Source: Candidatus Heimdallarchaeota archaeon
Lineage (GTDB): Archaea > Asgardarchaeota > Heimdallarchaeia > JABLTI01
Assembly (NCBI GenBank): GCA_030614005.1
Contig: JAUWKS010000009.1
Coordinates: 30,001-62,000 of the forward strand
Reading direction: 5' to 3'
Length of the DNA stretch: 32,000 nucleotides
Shown in pieces: positions 16,136 through 25,124 of this stretch. The position numbers were made by a program, and so were the translations under genes. The notes beneath the pieces are model-generated. The model did no database searches and was not told the origin of the DNA. It saw only the letters and a list, made by a program, of their open reading frames with translations. Position 1 is the first letter of the stretch. The number at the start of each line of letters is the position of its first letter.

Positions 16136-17827
16136 TTATTTTTCTTCTATTTCTTCATCTTTTTCATTGTCACTTTGTTCCTCTTTCTCTCGTTTTTGTT
16201 GTTCTCTTTTTATTCGATCCTTTATGAATGGTCGTCGGTATTTGAATAGCTTCATCTTTGCTTTCTCGATTTCTTGTTGAACGTCTTTAAGTTCTCGTTC
16301 TTTATGTTGCAAAGATACAAGAGAGAGCAATTCTTCATCTGTGTCTCGTATTGTGCGCCATTCTTTATATCTATCAAAAGGATATTGCAATTTTATACGT
16401 GCAACCAATCTGGATTTATCTCCTTTTATCCATTCACTTTTTGACCAGACATTTGAAATACTGTGTTTACTTTTATGTTCTTTGTTTCTTAGATTCCAAA
16501 GGATTCTCAATTTATCGAAAGACAAGTAATGAAATTTCAGTAAATCTTGAGGAGTTCTGGTCTTCATTTCTTCCCAGAGGTCGAGTTTGAATTCACGAGT
16601 TCGGTTAATGGACCAACCCATTAGCAAAATTAACATTGGAATAATAAGATATGAAAGAGCTAAGAAAAGAAAGTTGTAAAAACTATTTTCACCTATTAGA
16701 GTTAGAAAAGTAAAATTAAGCACTTCAAATCTGGCAAGTAGAGTAACAGTGTAGAAAGCTATTATTGCTAACCACATAATAATATTGAGAGCAATACTGG
16801 AAAATAATCTAAGGAAGATACTTGGTCTAGTGTATTCTCTAAACGCATGCCAAGATCTATCTATTAGAAACCAAGGATTTTCTTGGACAGAATCCGATTC
16901 ATGGAAGGTTAATTTTTCTTTAGGTACAAAGACTGTTTTATAGTGAAAGAAATCAAATTGTGCACCTTCAATTTGCCATTCTTCTTTGACATTTTTACCG
17001 AGGAAAACGAGCAGTGGTGCATAATCCATTGGATGCGAAAATCTCTCTACAAAGGATTTTTCACCTCTTAAATAAAAATCTGCACCAATAATGAGTACAA
17101 CCAAACCTAGTGCCAAAGTTAACCAAGCACTAATCGGTAGTAGAGCGATCCATCCTCCGGCATAATCCGCTAAATCAATAATTGCATATTCTAATGCTGT
17201 AGTCCAGAGGAGAATCCCTGGAACAACAAAACCAATCATACTATCTGGCACGGTTTTCCAATTTTTAATTCCATTAATAACACGTCTGTACAATCCTTCA
17301 AAATAGGTCCACAAGCCCATAAGAATGAATATCAATCCAATAACTAACAGAGCAGCATATATTCTCCCTCCACTACCTTCCTGTACAGGCAAAAATTCAG
17401 TGGAAAATTGCCACAAAAAGAGCGTTGAAATAAAGAATGGTATACTTAAGAATATGAATTGAAACGGAAATAGTTGTCGTGTCCAAATAACAAAATACTG
17501 TAAACATACTTTGACTGCACTATCTAGATCTTTATTATCAGCAATAATTCTGAAAAAAGATCCACCACCAATATTCCATCGTTCAAGTTCTGTCTTCAAT
17601 TCTTGTGTCCTTAAGGTTAGTATTGGTCTAAATCTTCTTTCTAAACCAACTGCTTCTTCAGTGAGATCATAATCGCCTTCGTTCAAGTTTAAGTAAACCT
17701 CAGCACCTTTCTCAGGTTTGAGCTTTTCAAGACTCTTCTTTATTGCTTCAGTTGGCCAATTGTCAATATTATCATCAAAAGCATCAGTGAGACTTCTTAT
17801 CTTTGACTTCTCTTGCTGTTTTTTCAT
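16136..17827 (-). CDS. Hypothetical integral membrane protein (~6 TM) with soluble N- and C-terminal regions
   Basis: Long ORF with six hydrophobic segments and a charged C-terminal coiled-coil-like tail. No family recognised with certainty (see findings). Confidence 0.8.
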   Translation of the reverse strand: MKKQQEKSKIRSLTDAFDDNIDNWPTEAIKKSLEKLKPEKGAEVYLNLNEGDYDLTEEAVGLERRFRPILTLRTQELKTELERWNIGGGSFFRIIADNKDLDSAVKVCLQYFVIWTRQLFPFQFIFLSIPFFISTLFLWQFSTEFLPVQEGSGGRIYAALLVIGLIFILMGLWTYFEGLYRRVINGIKNWKTVPDSMIGFVVPGILLWTTALEYAIIDLADYAGGWIALLPISAWLTLALGLVVLIIGADFYLRGEKSFVERFSHPMDYAPLLVFLGKNVKEEWQIEGAQFDFFHYKTVFVPKEKLTFHESDSVQENPWFLIDRSWHAFREYTRPSIFLRLFSSIALNIIMWLAIIAFYTVTLLARFEVLNFTFLTLIGENSFYNFLFLALSYLIIPMLILLMGWSINRTREFKLDLWEEMKTRTPQDLLKFHYLSFDKLRILWNLRNKEHKSKHSISNVWSKSEWIKGDKSRLVARIKLQYPFDRYKEWRTIRDTDEELLSLVSLQHKERELKDVQQEIEKAKMKLFKYRRPFIKDRIKREQQKREKEEQSDNEKDEEIEEK

Positions 17828-17881
17828 CAATTATCAATCCGGTTATACATCTATTTTAAGGAGAAAAACGAGAAAATCAAG

Positions 17882-18313
17882 TTATACCATTTTCTCTCGT
17901 AATTGTTTTCCGAGCTCATTCTCAAATGTTGCTAGCATACGAATTGCTAAATAAGCTGCATTCTTCCCATTATCAATTCCAACAGTAGCAACGGGTACGC
18001 CTGAAGGCATCTGAACAATAGAAAGAAGAGCATCCATACCGCCTAACTTTGCTGAAACTGGCACACCAATAACTACCTTTTTGGTTTTACTAGCGCAAAC
18101 ACCAGGTAAAGCTGCTGCTAATCCGGCGATGGCAATAATTACTTTTGCGGGAGTCTTAGCAAGATATTCATCAAGCTCTTTTGCATTTCTATGTGCTGAA
18201 AGAACAACAAATGCATGAGGAACATCATACTCTTTTAACACAGCAACAACTTTATCTACGATTTCCATATCAGATTTTGAGCCTGAAATGACTGCTACAA
18301 CGGGTTCTGTCAT
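17882..18313 (-). CDS. purE: PurE (N5-CAIR mutase / AIR carboxylase)
   Basis: [42 protein letters not shown] and NAAYLA. ATG 18313 preferred. Confidence 0.95.
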   Translation of the reverse strand: MTEPVVAVISGSKSDMEIVDKVVAVLKEYDVPHAFVVLSAHRNAKELDEYLAKTPAKVIIAIAGLAAALPGVCASKTKKVVIGVPVSAKLGGMDALLSIVQMPSGVPVATVGIDNGKNAAYLAIRMLATFENELGKQLREKMV

Positions 18314-18418
18314 AAGTATCAATCCACGTGAATGAATTTGTAGATTGGAATGTAATAATTCCTATTACTTTATTCCACTCTTTAATTATTGAAAGTTTCC
18401 GATGAGAAAAAAAGGTAT

Positions 18419-19345
18419 TCATTGATTCTTTCGAAGAAATTTCACTAATTCTTTTCGGCTTTTAGGTCCACTTCTTGCACCAATCTCTTGTATACAAAGC
18501 GCTGAACATGCTGTTGCAATCCTTCCAGCTTCTCTTGGTGTTTTCCCTTTTGTCAAAGCATAAAGCATTCCCGCTGAGAAAGCATCTCCTGCACCTGTGG
18601 TATCAATAACAGGAACTTTGAAAATTGGTATGTTATCTCTTCCTTGTTCACTATAAATAGTTGCTCCTTCGCTCCCTTTTGTAATAGCAATTATTTTCTC
18701 TGGTTTTTCTTTTATAAAATCTAAAGTGATATCATCTAATTCTTCTTTAGAGCATCTGAATATTTGTGACATTTCATCACGGCTTCCAACAATTAATTTC
18801 GCATGTTGTGTAAGTCTAAATGCTCTGCTAGGGTTTTGTGCAATAAGAGCTCCTGGGCTCATTGAGAAATTAATATCTAAATCACTCTCTAACAGAGCTT
18901 CTATTGAAGCGATGTTTCTCATATCAGAAAGATGTGCCCATTTTGCTTTAGTTAATGCCTCTAAAGGTAAATCGTTCAATGTCAATAAATCTGCGGCTCC
19001 ACTATAAGCCATTATCATTCGATCTCCTTCCTTATTCACACAAATATAACATGAACCTGTGTTGACTGCTTTATCAACGATTACTGTATCTTGTACATGT
19101 ACTTTCTCTTGGGCAAGATCACGAAGTAAAATATCTCCAAAATTATCTTTACCAACCTTTCCCGAAAAAGCTGTTTTGAGACCAAGTCGACTACAAGTAA
19201 CGGCGACATTTGCTGCTGCTCCACCTGGCATTAATTTGAAATCTTGGACGAATGATTCTCCATCTTTAGTTGGAAATTCATCCACAAGTGCTATCATATC
19301 AATTAATACTGCCCCGACAGAGATAACATCGAATGTTTCTGACAA
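18419..19345 (-). CDS. PfkB/ribokinase family carbohydrate or nucleoside kinase
   Basis: PGGAAANVAV...LG, GKVGKDNFG, TKGSEGA and anion-hole signature DTTGAGDAF. Confidence 0.92.
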   Translation of the reverse strand: MSETFDVISVGAVLIDMIALVDEFPTKDGESFVQDFKLMPGGAAANVAVTCSRLGLKTAFSGKVGKDNFGDILLRDLAQEKVHVQDTVIVDKAVNTGSCYICVNKEGDRMIMAYSGAADLLTLNDLPLEALTKAKWAHLSDMRNIASIEALLESDLDINFSMSPGALIAQNPSRAFRLTQHAKLIVGSRDEMSQIFRCSKEELDDITLDFIKEKPEKIIAITKGSEGATIYSEQGRDNIPIFKVPVIDTTGAGDAFSAGMLYALTKGKTPREAGRIATACSALCIQEIGARSGPKSRKELVKFLRKNQ

Positions 19346-19421
19346 AACTGTTCACCAAATTCTTTTTATAGAGTACACTCACTTTTGCTTCTTTAAATGA
19401 ATTTCGTTCTTCTTAGCACAT

Positions 19422-20858
19422 TTAACTGACTACACCATTATTCTTAGGTGGTCCATTTGGTAAAGTGTAAAATGCTGGTATTAGCAAACAAAATCCTGAA
19501 ATTAGTATGAACATTGGAGTTAGAAATCCATATGGTTGAGGAATTGCATCATAAAGAAGACCGCCAATCAACCCTCCTGGTATCCAACCAATGGTTCTGA
19601 AAATGGCAATTGAATTATACACTTTACTCTTTCGTTTTGCTTCCACATTTGTGAAGAGTGATATGGTAGAAGGTATCCACAAAGCTATTGATAATCCCAC
19701 TGCAATACGTGAAAGAAACAATATCCAAATATGCTGTGGGAAGAAAACAAATACCACTACTAACCCTGCCCAGAATAAACCACAAAGTTCAGATGTGAAA
19801 AGAAGAGCTCGTGCACCTAATTTATCTGCAAACCATCCTGAGGGAAACATTGCAACAATAACAGTAACGTTTGTAGCAAGTATTAAATTACTAATATCTA
19901 AATCATTTAAGGCATTTACACCCAGTAAATCAGCATCTAGTAATCCTGCCCAATGAACACCTAAACCAATAGACCAGAAGGTAGCATCTAAGAAAAAAGT
20001 AAATGCAACTCTTAATACCCATTTATCTTTGAATGTTTCAACAAACCCTCTTAATATTCCCTTCTTTTCATGTTTTTCTACTCGAGCAGTAGAGATTTCT
20101 TCTGGTTCATTTGATAATTCAATAACCTCTTTGAATTCTTCTTTCTCTTCCTCTTCTATTTCATCAAAAGTTTCTGACCATTTATCTTGTTTTACAACTC
20201 TTGTTGGATCTGTAATAAACAACAAAGTAACTAGAGCAATAACCATAACAACAATTGCACTATACAAATAGAAGAACGATCGTTCACGATTTGTAAATAA
20301 TGTAATGGTACTTAGAATAACTGGAATTAGTGCGGAAACAGCAATTTCACCCATTCGACCGAAAAAATTCGTAAGAGAAAGGATCTTCCCTTTTTGTTTA
20401 TCACCTGCAGTTTCAGTCAACATAATTGAATTTGGTGATTCATTTAGTGAAAAGGCAAAGCTCAAAATTAGCACAGCGATGATTACCCAGATGATTTGAG
20501 TTGGTCTAGTAATAAAGAAGACATATGATGCAGAGACTAATACTAAACCAATAATTAGCACTCGTTTATACCCTATTAAGTCGTTCAGATAATCAGCAAA
20601 AATAAACCCTACTAACCCACAGAGAGAAGCAACTGTGGCAATAATGCCAATTAATCGTTCTGAATCTTTAATATATAGAAAAAAGGGGTTGTAAAAAGTA
20701 AAATGGATGATATTCGCAGAACCAGTAAAGAATGCAGAAATTGCGAAGAAAGTAATATTTCTTCTTCTTTGTTCCTTTGATAAGAATTGCCTTCCCGGAG
20801 TGGGATCCTCTTGAACGAGGCTTAAAATTTCTTCATCTGCTTCCTTTTTAATTGTCAA
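19422..20858 (-). CDS. Major facilitator superfamily transporter
   Basis: About 12 hydrophobic segments in two bundles with a long acidic central loop. Motif-A-like DYLNDLIGYKR and GWFADKLGAR. Confidence 0.88.
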   Translation of the reverse strand: MTIKKEADEEILSLVQEDPTPGRQFLSKEQRRRNITFFAISAFFTGSANIIHFTFYNPFFLYIKDSERLIGIIATVASLCGLVGFIFADYLNDLIGYKRVLIIGLVLVSASYVFFITRPTQIIWVIIAVLILSFAFSLNESPNSIMLTETAGDKQKGKILSLTNFFGRMGEIAVSALIPVILSTITLFTNRERSFFYLYSAIVVMVIALVTLLFITDPTRVVKQDKWSETFDEIEEEEKEEFKEVIELSNEPEEISTARVEKHEKKGILRGFVETFKDKWVLRVAFTFFLDATFWSIGLGVHWAGLLDADLLGVNALNDLDISNLILATNVTVIVAMFPSGWFADKLGARALLFTSELCGLFWAGLVVVFVFFPQHIWILFLSRIAVGLSIALWIPSTISLFTNVEAKRKSKVYNSIAIFRTIGWIPGGLIGGLLYDAIPQPYGFLTPMFILISGFCLLIPAFYTLPNGPPKNNGVVS

Positions 20859-20979
20859 TTAGTGCTTCACCATTTAAAGATCAAAAAAAGCTCTCTTCCT
20901 ATAAGAACTGATTCAATTTTCTCAGCTCTAAATTATTAAACATTTACTCGACATTGTTTGAAGAAAAAGATAAAAGAAG

Positions 20980-21972
20980 CTACGTTAATTGAGCTGCTTT
21001 TTCTCGAAGAAGTTTCCGATATTTCTTTTGTAATGACAATAACTTGTTGAATTTCTCTTCTGATAAACCTTCAACTAAGTGGAAATTTTCTTCGTTGGTA
21101 ATCATTTGTTGTTTTTCTTCATCTGCGAAATTTAAAATAAATTCTTTTGTTTCAGGGAAAACATCTATGAGTTTCTTTAGTGGCAATATAGATTTTCCTG
21201 AGTATGCAATAGATGCTGGTTTTAATGAATGAATATTTCCATTAAAGGAAATTGCTGTTCCTCCATTCTTTCTGATAAAATCTAACATTTGAATATCTGT
21301 AATACTATCGCCAACTGCTATTGCTTCATCTGGTTCGCATGAATATTCCTGTAAAATATCGATTACATTTTCTTTCTTTCTACCCCCACCACAAACAATT
21401 GTCTCCTCAAAGATTGGACCAAAAGATGATTTTGGAATTTCCTTGAAGAAGAATCTATCAAGATCCTTTTTTACTTCTGCTAAACCATTTTTTAAGAAAT
21501 TAGGAAAAATGTCATCAAATAAAAGGTTCAAAACATCAGTATCTTGTGGTTTTAGAGAGAAATCAAGTTTTGTACATCGCACGTTTTCTGTAGGATGATT
21601 AAGTTTCTCTGCAATTGTATGTGCATGTTGGGAATAGCTTGTCGAAATAATATATGTTGGAATATCTTTTTTGTGTAAATAATCGAAGAGTTCAACAGCT
21701 CCTTCTGTAGGTTCTGCCTTTTGAGATAGTGCTATCATTTCATCTTCTTCGGCAAAAGAGACAACTATGGGAGCAATCAATTTGAGTGTATCTCCTGGCC
21801 AGTATCCTTCTTTCTTATCAACTAAGAATAACTCATCATCATAATCACTGATCATTTTGAAAAGCTGGTAGAAGTTTTGTTCCTTTCCTAACTTCTTACC
21901 AATACTTTCTATTACATCAGCTGCGTGATCGATTGGACAGAGAGGCCCCTCAAGATCAAAGAAACAAATCAT
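20980..21972 (-). CDS. HAD-superfamily hydrolase, COG4030 (often labelled EhaR-like)
   Basis: Motif I FDLEGP, ISDYDD, PGDTLKLI, motif II ISTSY, GGGRK, motif IV VGDSITD and SFNGN. Confidence 0.82.
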   Translation of the reverse strand: MICFFDLEGPLCPIDHAADVIESIGKKLGKEQNFYQLFKMISDYDDELFLVDKKEGYWPGDTLKLIAPIVVSFAEEDEMIALSQKAEPTEGAVELFDYLHKKDIPTYIISTSYSQHAHTIAEKLNHPTENVRCTKLDFSLKPQDTDVLNLLFDDIFPNFLKNGLAEVKKDLDRFFFKEIPKSSFGPIFEETIVCGGGRKKENVIDILQEYSCEPDEAIAVGDSITDIQMLDFIRKNGGTAISFNGNIHSLKPASIAYSGKSILPLKKLIDVFPETKEFILNFADEEKQQMITNEENFHLVEGLSEEKFNKLLSLQKKYRKLLREKAAQLT

Positions 21973-22171
21973 AAACTTTCTTTGTTAACTAACTACTAAA
22001 GAGTTTTTGTTATTATTTGATTTTTTGCGAGTCCGATCAACTCCATATGTAATTTGGAAATGTTTGTTCGATAGTGGATTGTATGTCCCAATGAACTTTT
22101 CTTGAAAAGCTTTCACGAGTTCCACAAATAATTCATTCAAAAATGAACTAAGTTAGAAAACTAATTTTCTC

Positions 22172-23440
22172 TTATTCGTTTTTGGGTTGTTTTAGGAAAA
22201 AGGCAATCACAATTGCTCCTACACTGAAAACTCCCATAGTAATAAATAACCCCCAAACTCCAAATATTTCTCCTATAGGCTTGGTTAATAATGCGCCTGA
22301 AACACCAGCAATTCCGTAAGCAGTGTAAATTACTCCATAATTTGGTCCAAGATTTTTCGCACCAAATAAATCAATTGTAGCTGTTGGATATAAAGAGAAA
22401 TTACCACCGAAACAGAAATAGATTAAACAAACCCAAATAAAGAACATTACTTGACTATGTATCGTCAAAGCAAAGGTAACCATTAATACAGTTTGTAATC
22501 CTGCAAAGCTATATAATATCTTTTTATAACCAAAACTATCAGATAATTTTCCCCAAACAATTCGTCCTAGTCCATTAAATAAAGCTGCCCATGCACCCAC
22601 TTGGCTTAAGAATAAATCATTTGACCAAGTTGCTGTTTTCCCAAATGTTTTATAATAACCGACAATGAAAAGACCAGATGCAGCAGTTAAAATGAACATT
22701 GACCATAACATCCAAAATTGAGGTAGCTTAACTGCTTTTTCTCTTGGAAAATCTTGAGTGCTAGCAAGTTCACTGCTTCCTTCTTTTAGAGCGGGGGGGT
22801 TCCATCCTTTAGGTTGATAATTTTCTGGTGGTAATTTAAGTGTCAATGATCCTCCAATAATCATTATTGCAAAAATGAGTGCAAGAATACGTAATAAAGT
22901 TGGTACTCGGAGAAAGACCGTTGCATCAATAACAATATTGTCAGGGTTCACAAATGCTGTGGTAATAATGTTAAAAATAAAAGCACTTGCACCAAATCCT
23001 GCAACAGCAAGTCCATTTATAAGTCCTTTTTTATCCGGAAACCACTTGGCTGCTGCAGCAATTGGACATACATAAGCAAACCCGATTCCAATTCCAAACA
23101 TCATACCATATGTAAACAACATTCCTACAAAAGTAGTCATAAATGAGGAAAGTAATAATGCACCTGATACAATTACACCACCTATAATTCCAACTTTCAT
23201 GGGACCAATTTTATGTTGTAATTGTCCAGAAAAGATCATTGTTATCGCAAAGGTGAGTAAGCTGAGTGCAAAAATATACAAAGTTTGACTATTGTCTATT
23301 TCTGTTGCGCTATATGAATTTAAAAATGGAGTGATATAAGACCCCATATTACCCCAACAATAGATTGTCCCAAGAGCTAATTGAATAATAATGCCCCCTA
23401 TGACAACAATCCACCTATTAAATACCCTTTCTTCAACCAT
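22172..23440 (-). CDS. OFA (oxalate:formate antiporter) family MFS transporter
   Basis: NRWIVVIG...GTIYCW, KWFPDKKGLINGLAVAGFG, NGLGRIVWGKLSD, GGNFSLYP and FGAKNLGPNYG.IYTAYG. ATG 23440 preferred. Confidence 0.88.
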   Translation of the reverse strand: MVEERVFNRWIVVIGGIIIQLALGTIYCWGNMGSYITPFLNSYSATEIDNSQTLYIFALSLLTFAITMIFSGQLQHKIGPMKVGIIGGVIVSGALLLSSFMTTFVGMLFTYGMMFGIGIGFAYVCPIAAAAKWFPDKKGLINGLAVAGFGASAFIFNIITTAFVNPDNIVIDATVFLRVPTLLRILALIFAIMIIGGSLTLKLPPENYQPKGWNPPALKEGSSELASTQDFPREKAVKLPQFWMLWSMFILTAASGLFIVGYYKTFGKTATWSNDLFLSQVGAWAALFNGLGRIVWGKLSDSFGYKKILYSFAGLQTVLMVTFALTIHSQVMFFIWVCLIYFCFGGNFSLYPTATIDLFGAKNLGPNYGVIYTAYGIAGVSGALLTKPIGEIFGVWGLFITMGVFSVGAIVIAFFLKQPKNE

Positions 23441-23575
23441 AATTTGTAACACCAGCAAAGTTTACCTTATAATGTGATTGGACTTCCATGTGAACTGATT
23501 TTAGTAGTTCTTTTAAATTCTTCTTGGAAAAGACATTCTACAAAAGTTTTTCCAACAATAGACAAAGAGATGTGT

Positions 23576-24913
23576 TCATAAAATATTCAACTCTTTTAGG
23601 TGGTCAATCCTTTTTTGGATTAGTGCTTTCGTGCCAACATCTTTTCTGTGGAACAGAGGTCCTTTAACATACGTTGTTGCTTTTTCAGCTATTTCTTCCG
23701 CTTGTTCTATAGTGTCTGCAATACCTACTATAGCTATTGCTCGAGAGGATGTAGTGATTATTTTGCCTTCTAGTTCACTGACAGAAGAATAGAATAAATC
23801 AGCACCTTCGTTTAGTATTTTTTCAACGGCAACATCTATTGGTTCTTCCTTTTTAGGTGACACTGGATAGCCTTCAGGAACGAGATATTTGCAAACAGTA
23901 GCCTTTTGTTCGAATTCCACTTTAAGGGTTGCAAGTTCCTTTTTGATCATTGCGCTGAAAATATCAATGAGAGGTGTTTTCAAGAGTGGCAATACATTCA
24001 TTGCTTCGGGGTCACCAAAACGAACATTGTATTCAAGGAGTTTCAATCCTTTTGTGGATAGCATAAATCCGCCATATAAAATTCCACAATAATCTTGCCC
24101 AGTTTCTTCTTTTATTGCCTTGGCAGATTTTTTGATAATGTCTTTTGCTTCCTCAACAATTTTTGCTTGAATAAATGGTAATAGATGATCTTCTGCACTA
24201 TATGATCCCATTCCACCTGTATTTGGTCCTTGATCTCCATCATAAGCTCGTTTGTGGTCTTGAGCTATTGGGGTAGAAATTATGTCTTCTCCTGAAACAA
24301 AACATTGTAATGAGAATTCTTCTCCAACAAGTAATTCTTCTAAAACAACTGGTTCCCCTTGTTGGAAAATTTCTTTACAGAATGCAACTACTTCATCAAT
24401 TCCTTTGAGATGTTCACCCATTAACTTTACACCTTTTCCACCAGCAAGCCCATCTCTTTTCACAACTACTTTTCCGAGCTTGTTAATGTAATCAATAATG
24501 TCTTGATCCTTTGAATCAGGTTGAAAAACTTTGAATTCAATTATCCCTGGAATGTTATATTTTTTCATTAATTCTCGAGTAAAACTCTTTGAAGCTTCCA
24601 CTCTAGCATTAGTTTTCATAGGACCTATTGACTCTACACCTTTATCCTGTAAGAAATCAACAATACCTTCAGCTAAAGGATTCTCAGGACCAATAACAGC
24701 AAAATCAGGATGAACATCACTAATGAATTCCTCCAGAGCACCATAATCATTTAGCTTTGCAATTTTCACTTTTGTTGATAGTTTTGCTATCCCTGGGTTT
24801 TTTGCTTTCATGAAAGCATAAAGCTCTAAATCACTTCGTTTCAGTGCTTTTGCTATTGCGTGTTCTCTTGCTCCTTGTCCAACTAGTAGTACTTTACTTC
24901 TTTTTCCAACCAT
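23576..24913 (-). CDS. purD: Phosphoribosylamine--glycine ligase
   Basis: GAREHAI, GPENPLAEG, EASKSF, DGLAGGKGV, GEEFS, QDHKRAYDGDQGPNTGGMG and EYNVRFGDPE. Confidence 0.97.
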   Translation of the reverse strand: MVGKRSKVLLVGQGAREHAIAKALKRSDLELYAFMKAKNPGIAKLSTKVKIAKLNDYGALEEFISDVHPDFAVIGPENPLAEGIVDFLQDKGVESIGPMKTNARVEASKSFTRELMKKYNIPGIIEFKVFQPDSKDQDIIDYINKLGKVVVKRDGLAGGKGVKLMGEHLKGIDEVVAFCKEIFQQGEPVVLEELLVGEEFSLQCFVSGEDIISTPIAQDHKRAYDGDQGPNTGGMGSYSAEDHLLPFIQAKIVEEAKDIIKKSAKAIKEETGQDYCGILYGGFMLSTKGLKLLEYNVRFGDPEAMNVLPLLKTPLIDIFSAMIKKELATLKVEFEQKATVCKYLVPEGYPVSPKKEEPIDVAVEKILNEGADLFYSSVSELEGKIITTSSRAIAIVGIADTIEQAEEIAEKATTYVKGPLFHRKDVGTKALIQKRIDHLKELNIL

Positions 24914-25124
24914 TTTTCTTCACTTCTACTTTAATTTTGAATAACAATCTTTTAAACTTTTCATTTTACTCGTATGGTTAAACGCTGATTTCATTTCTAC
25001 ACTGACTATTAATTTGAGATTTATCGTCTATTTACTAAGTAAATGAAAAAGAGCTATTTCTGATATTTTTTAATTATTAGTTATTAAATAATTTAACTGG
25101 GTTATCTAATTGAGTGATAACTGA

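Noticed and set aside
17882-18313. PurE-like gene as LarB partnering the LarA homolog
   Set aside because: It has full PurE motifs ([14 protein letters not shown]) and lacks the LarB N-terminal domain and AGTSD/AGMEG motifs.
20980-21972. HAD protein as a genuine energy-converting hydrogenase subunit
   Set aside because: No eha or other hydrogenase genes are in the window. The EhaR label derives from gene position in methanogens, and the sequence is a HAD hydrolase.
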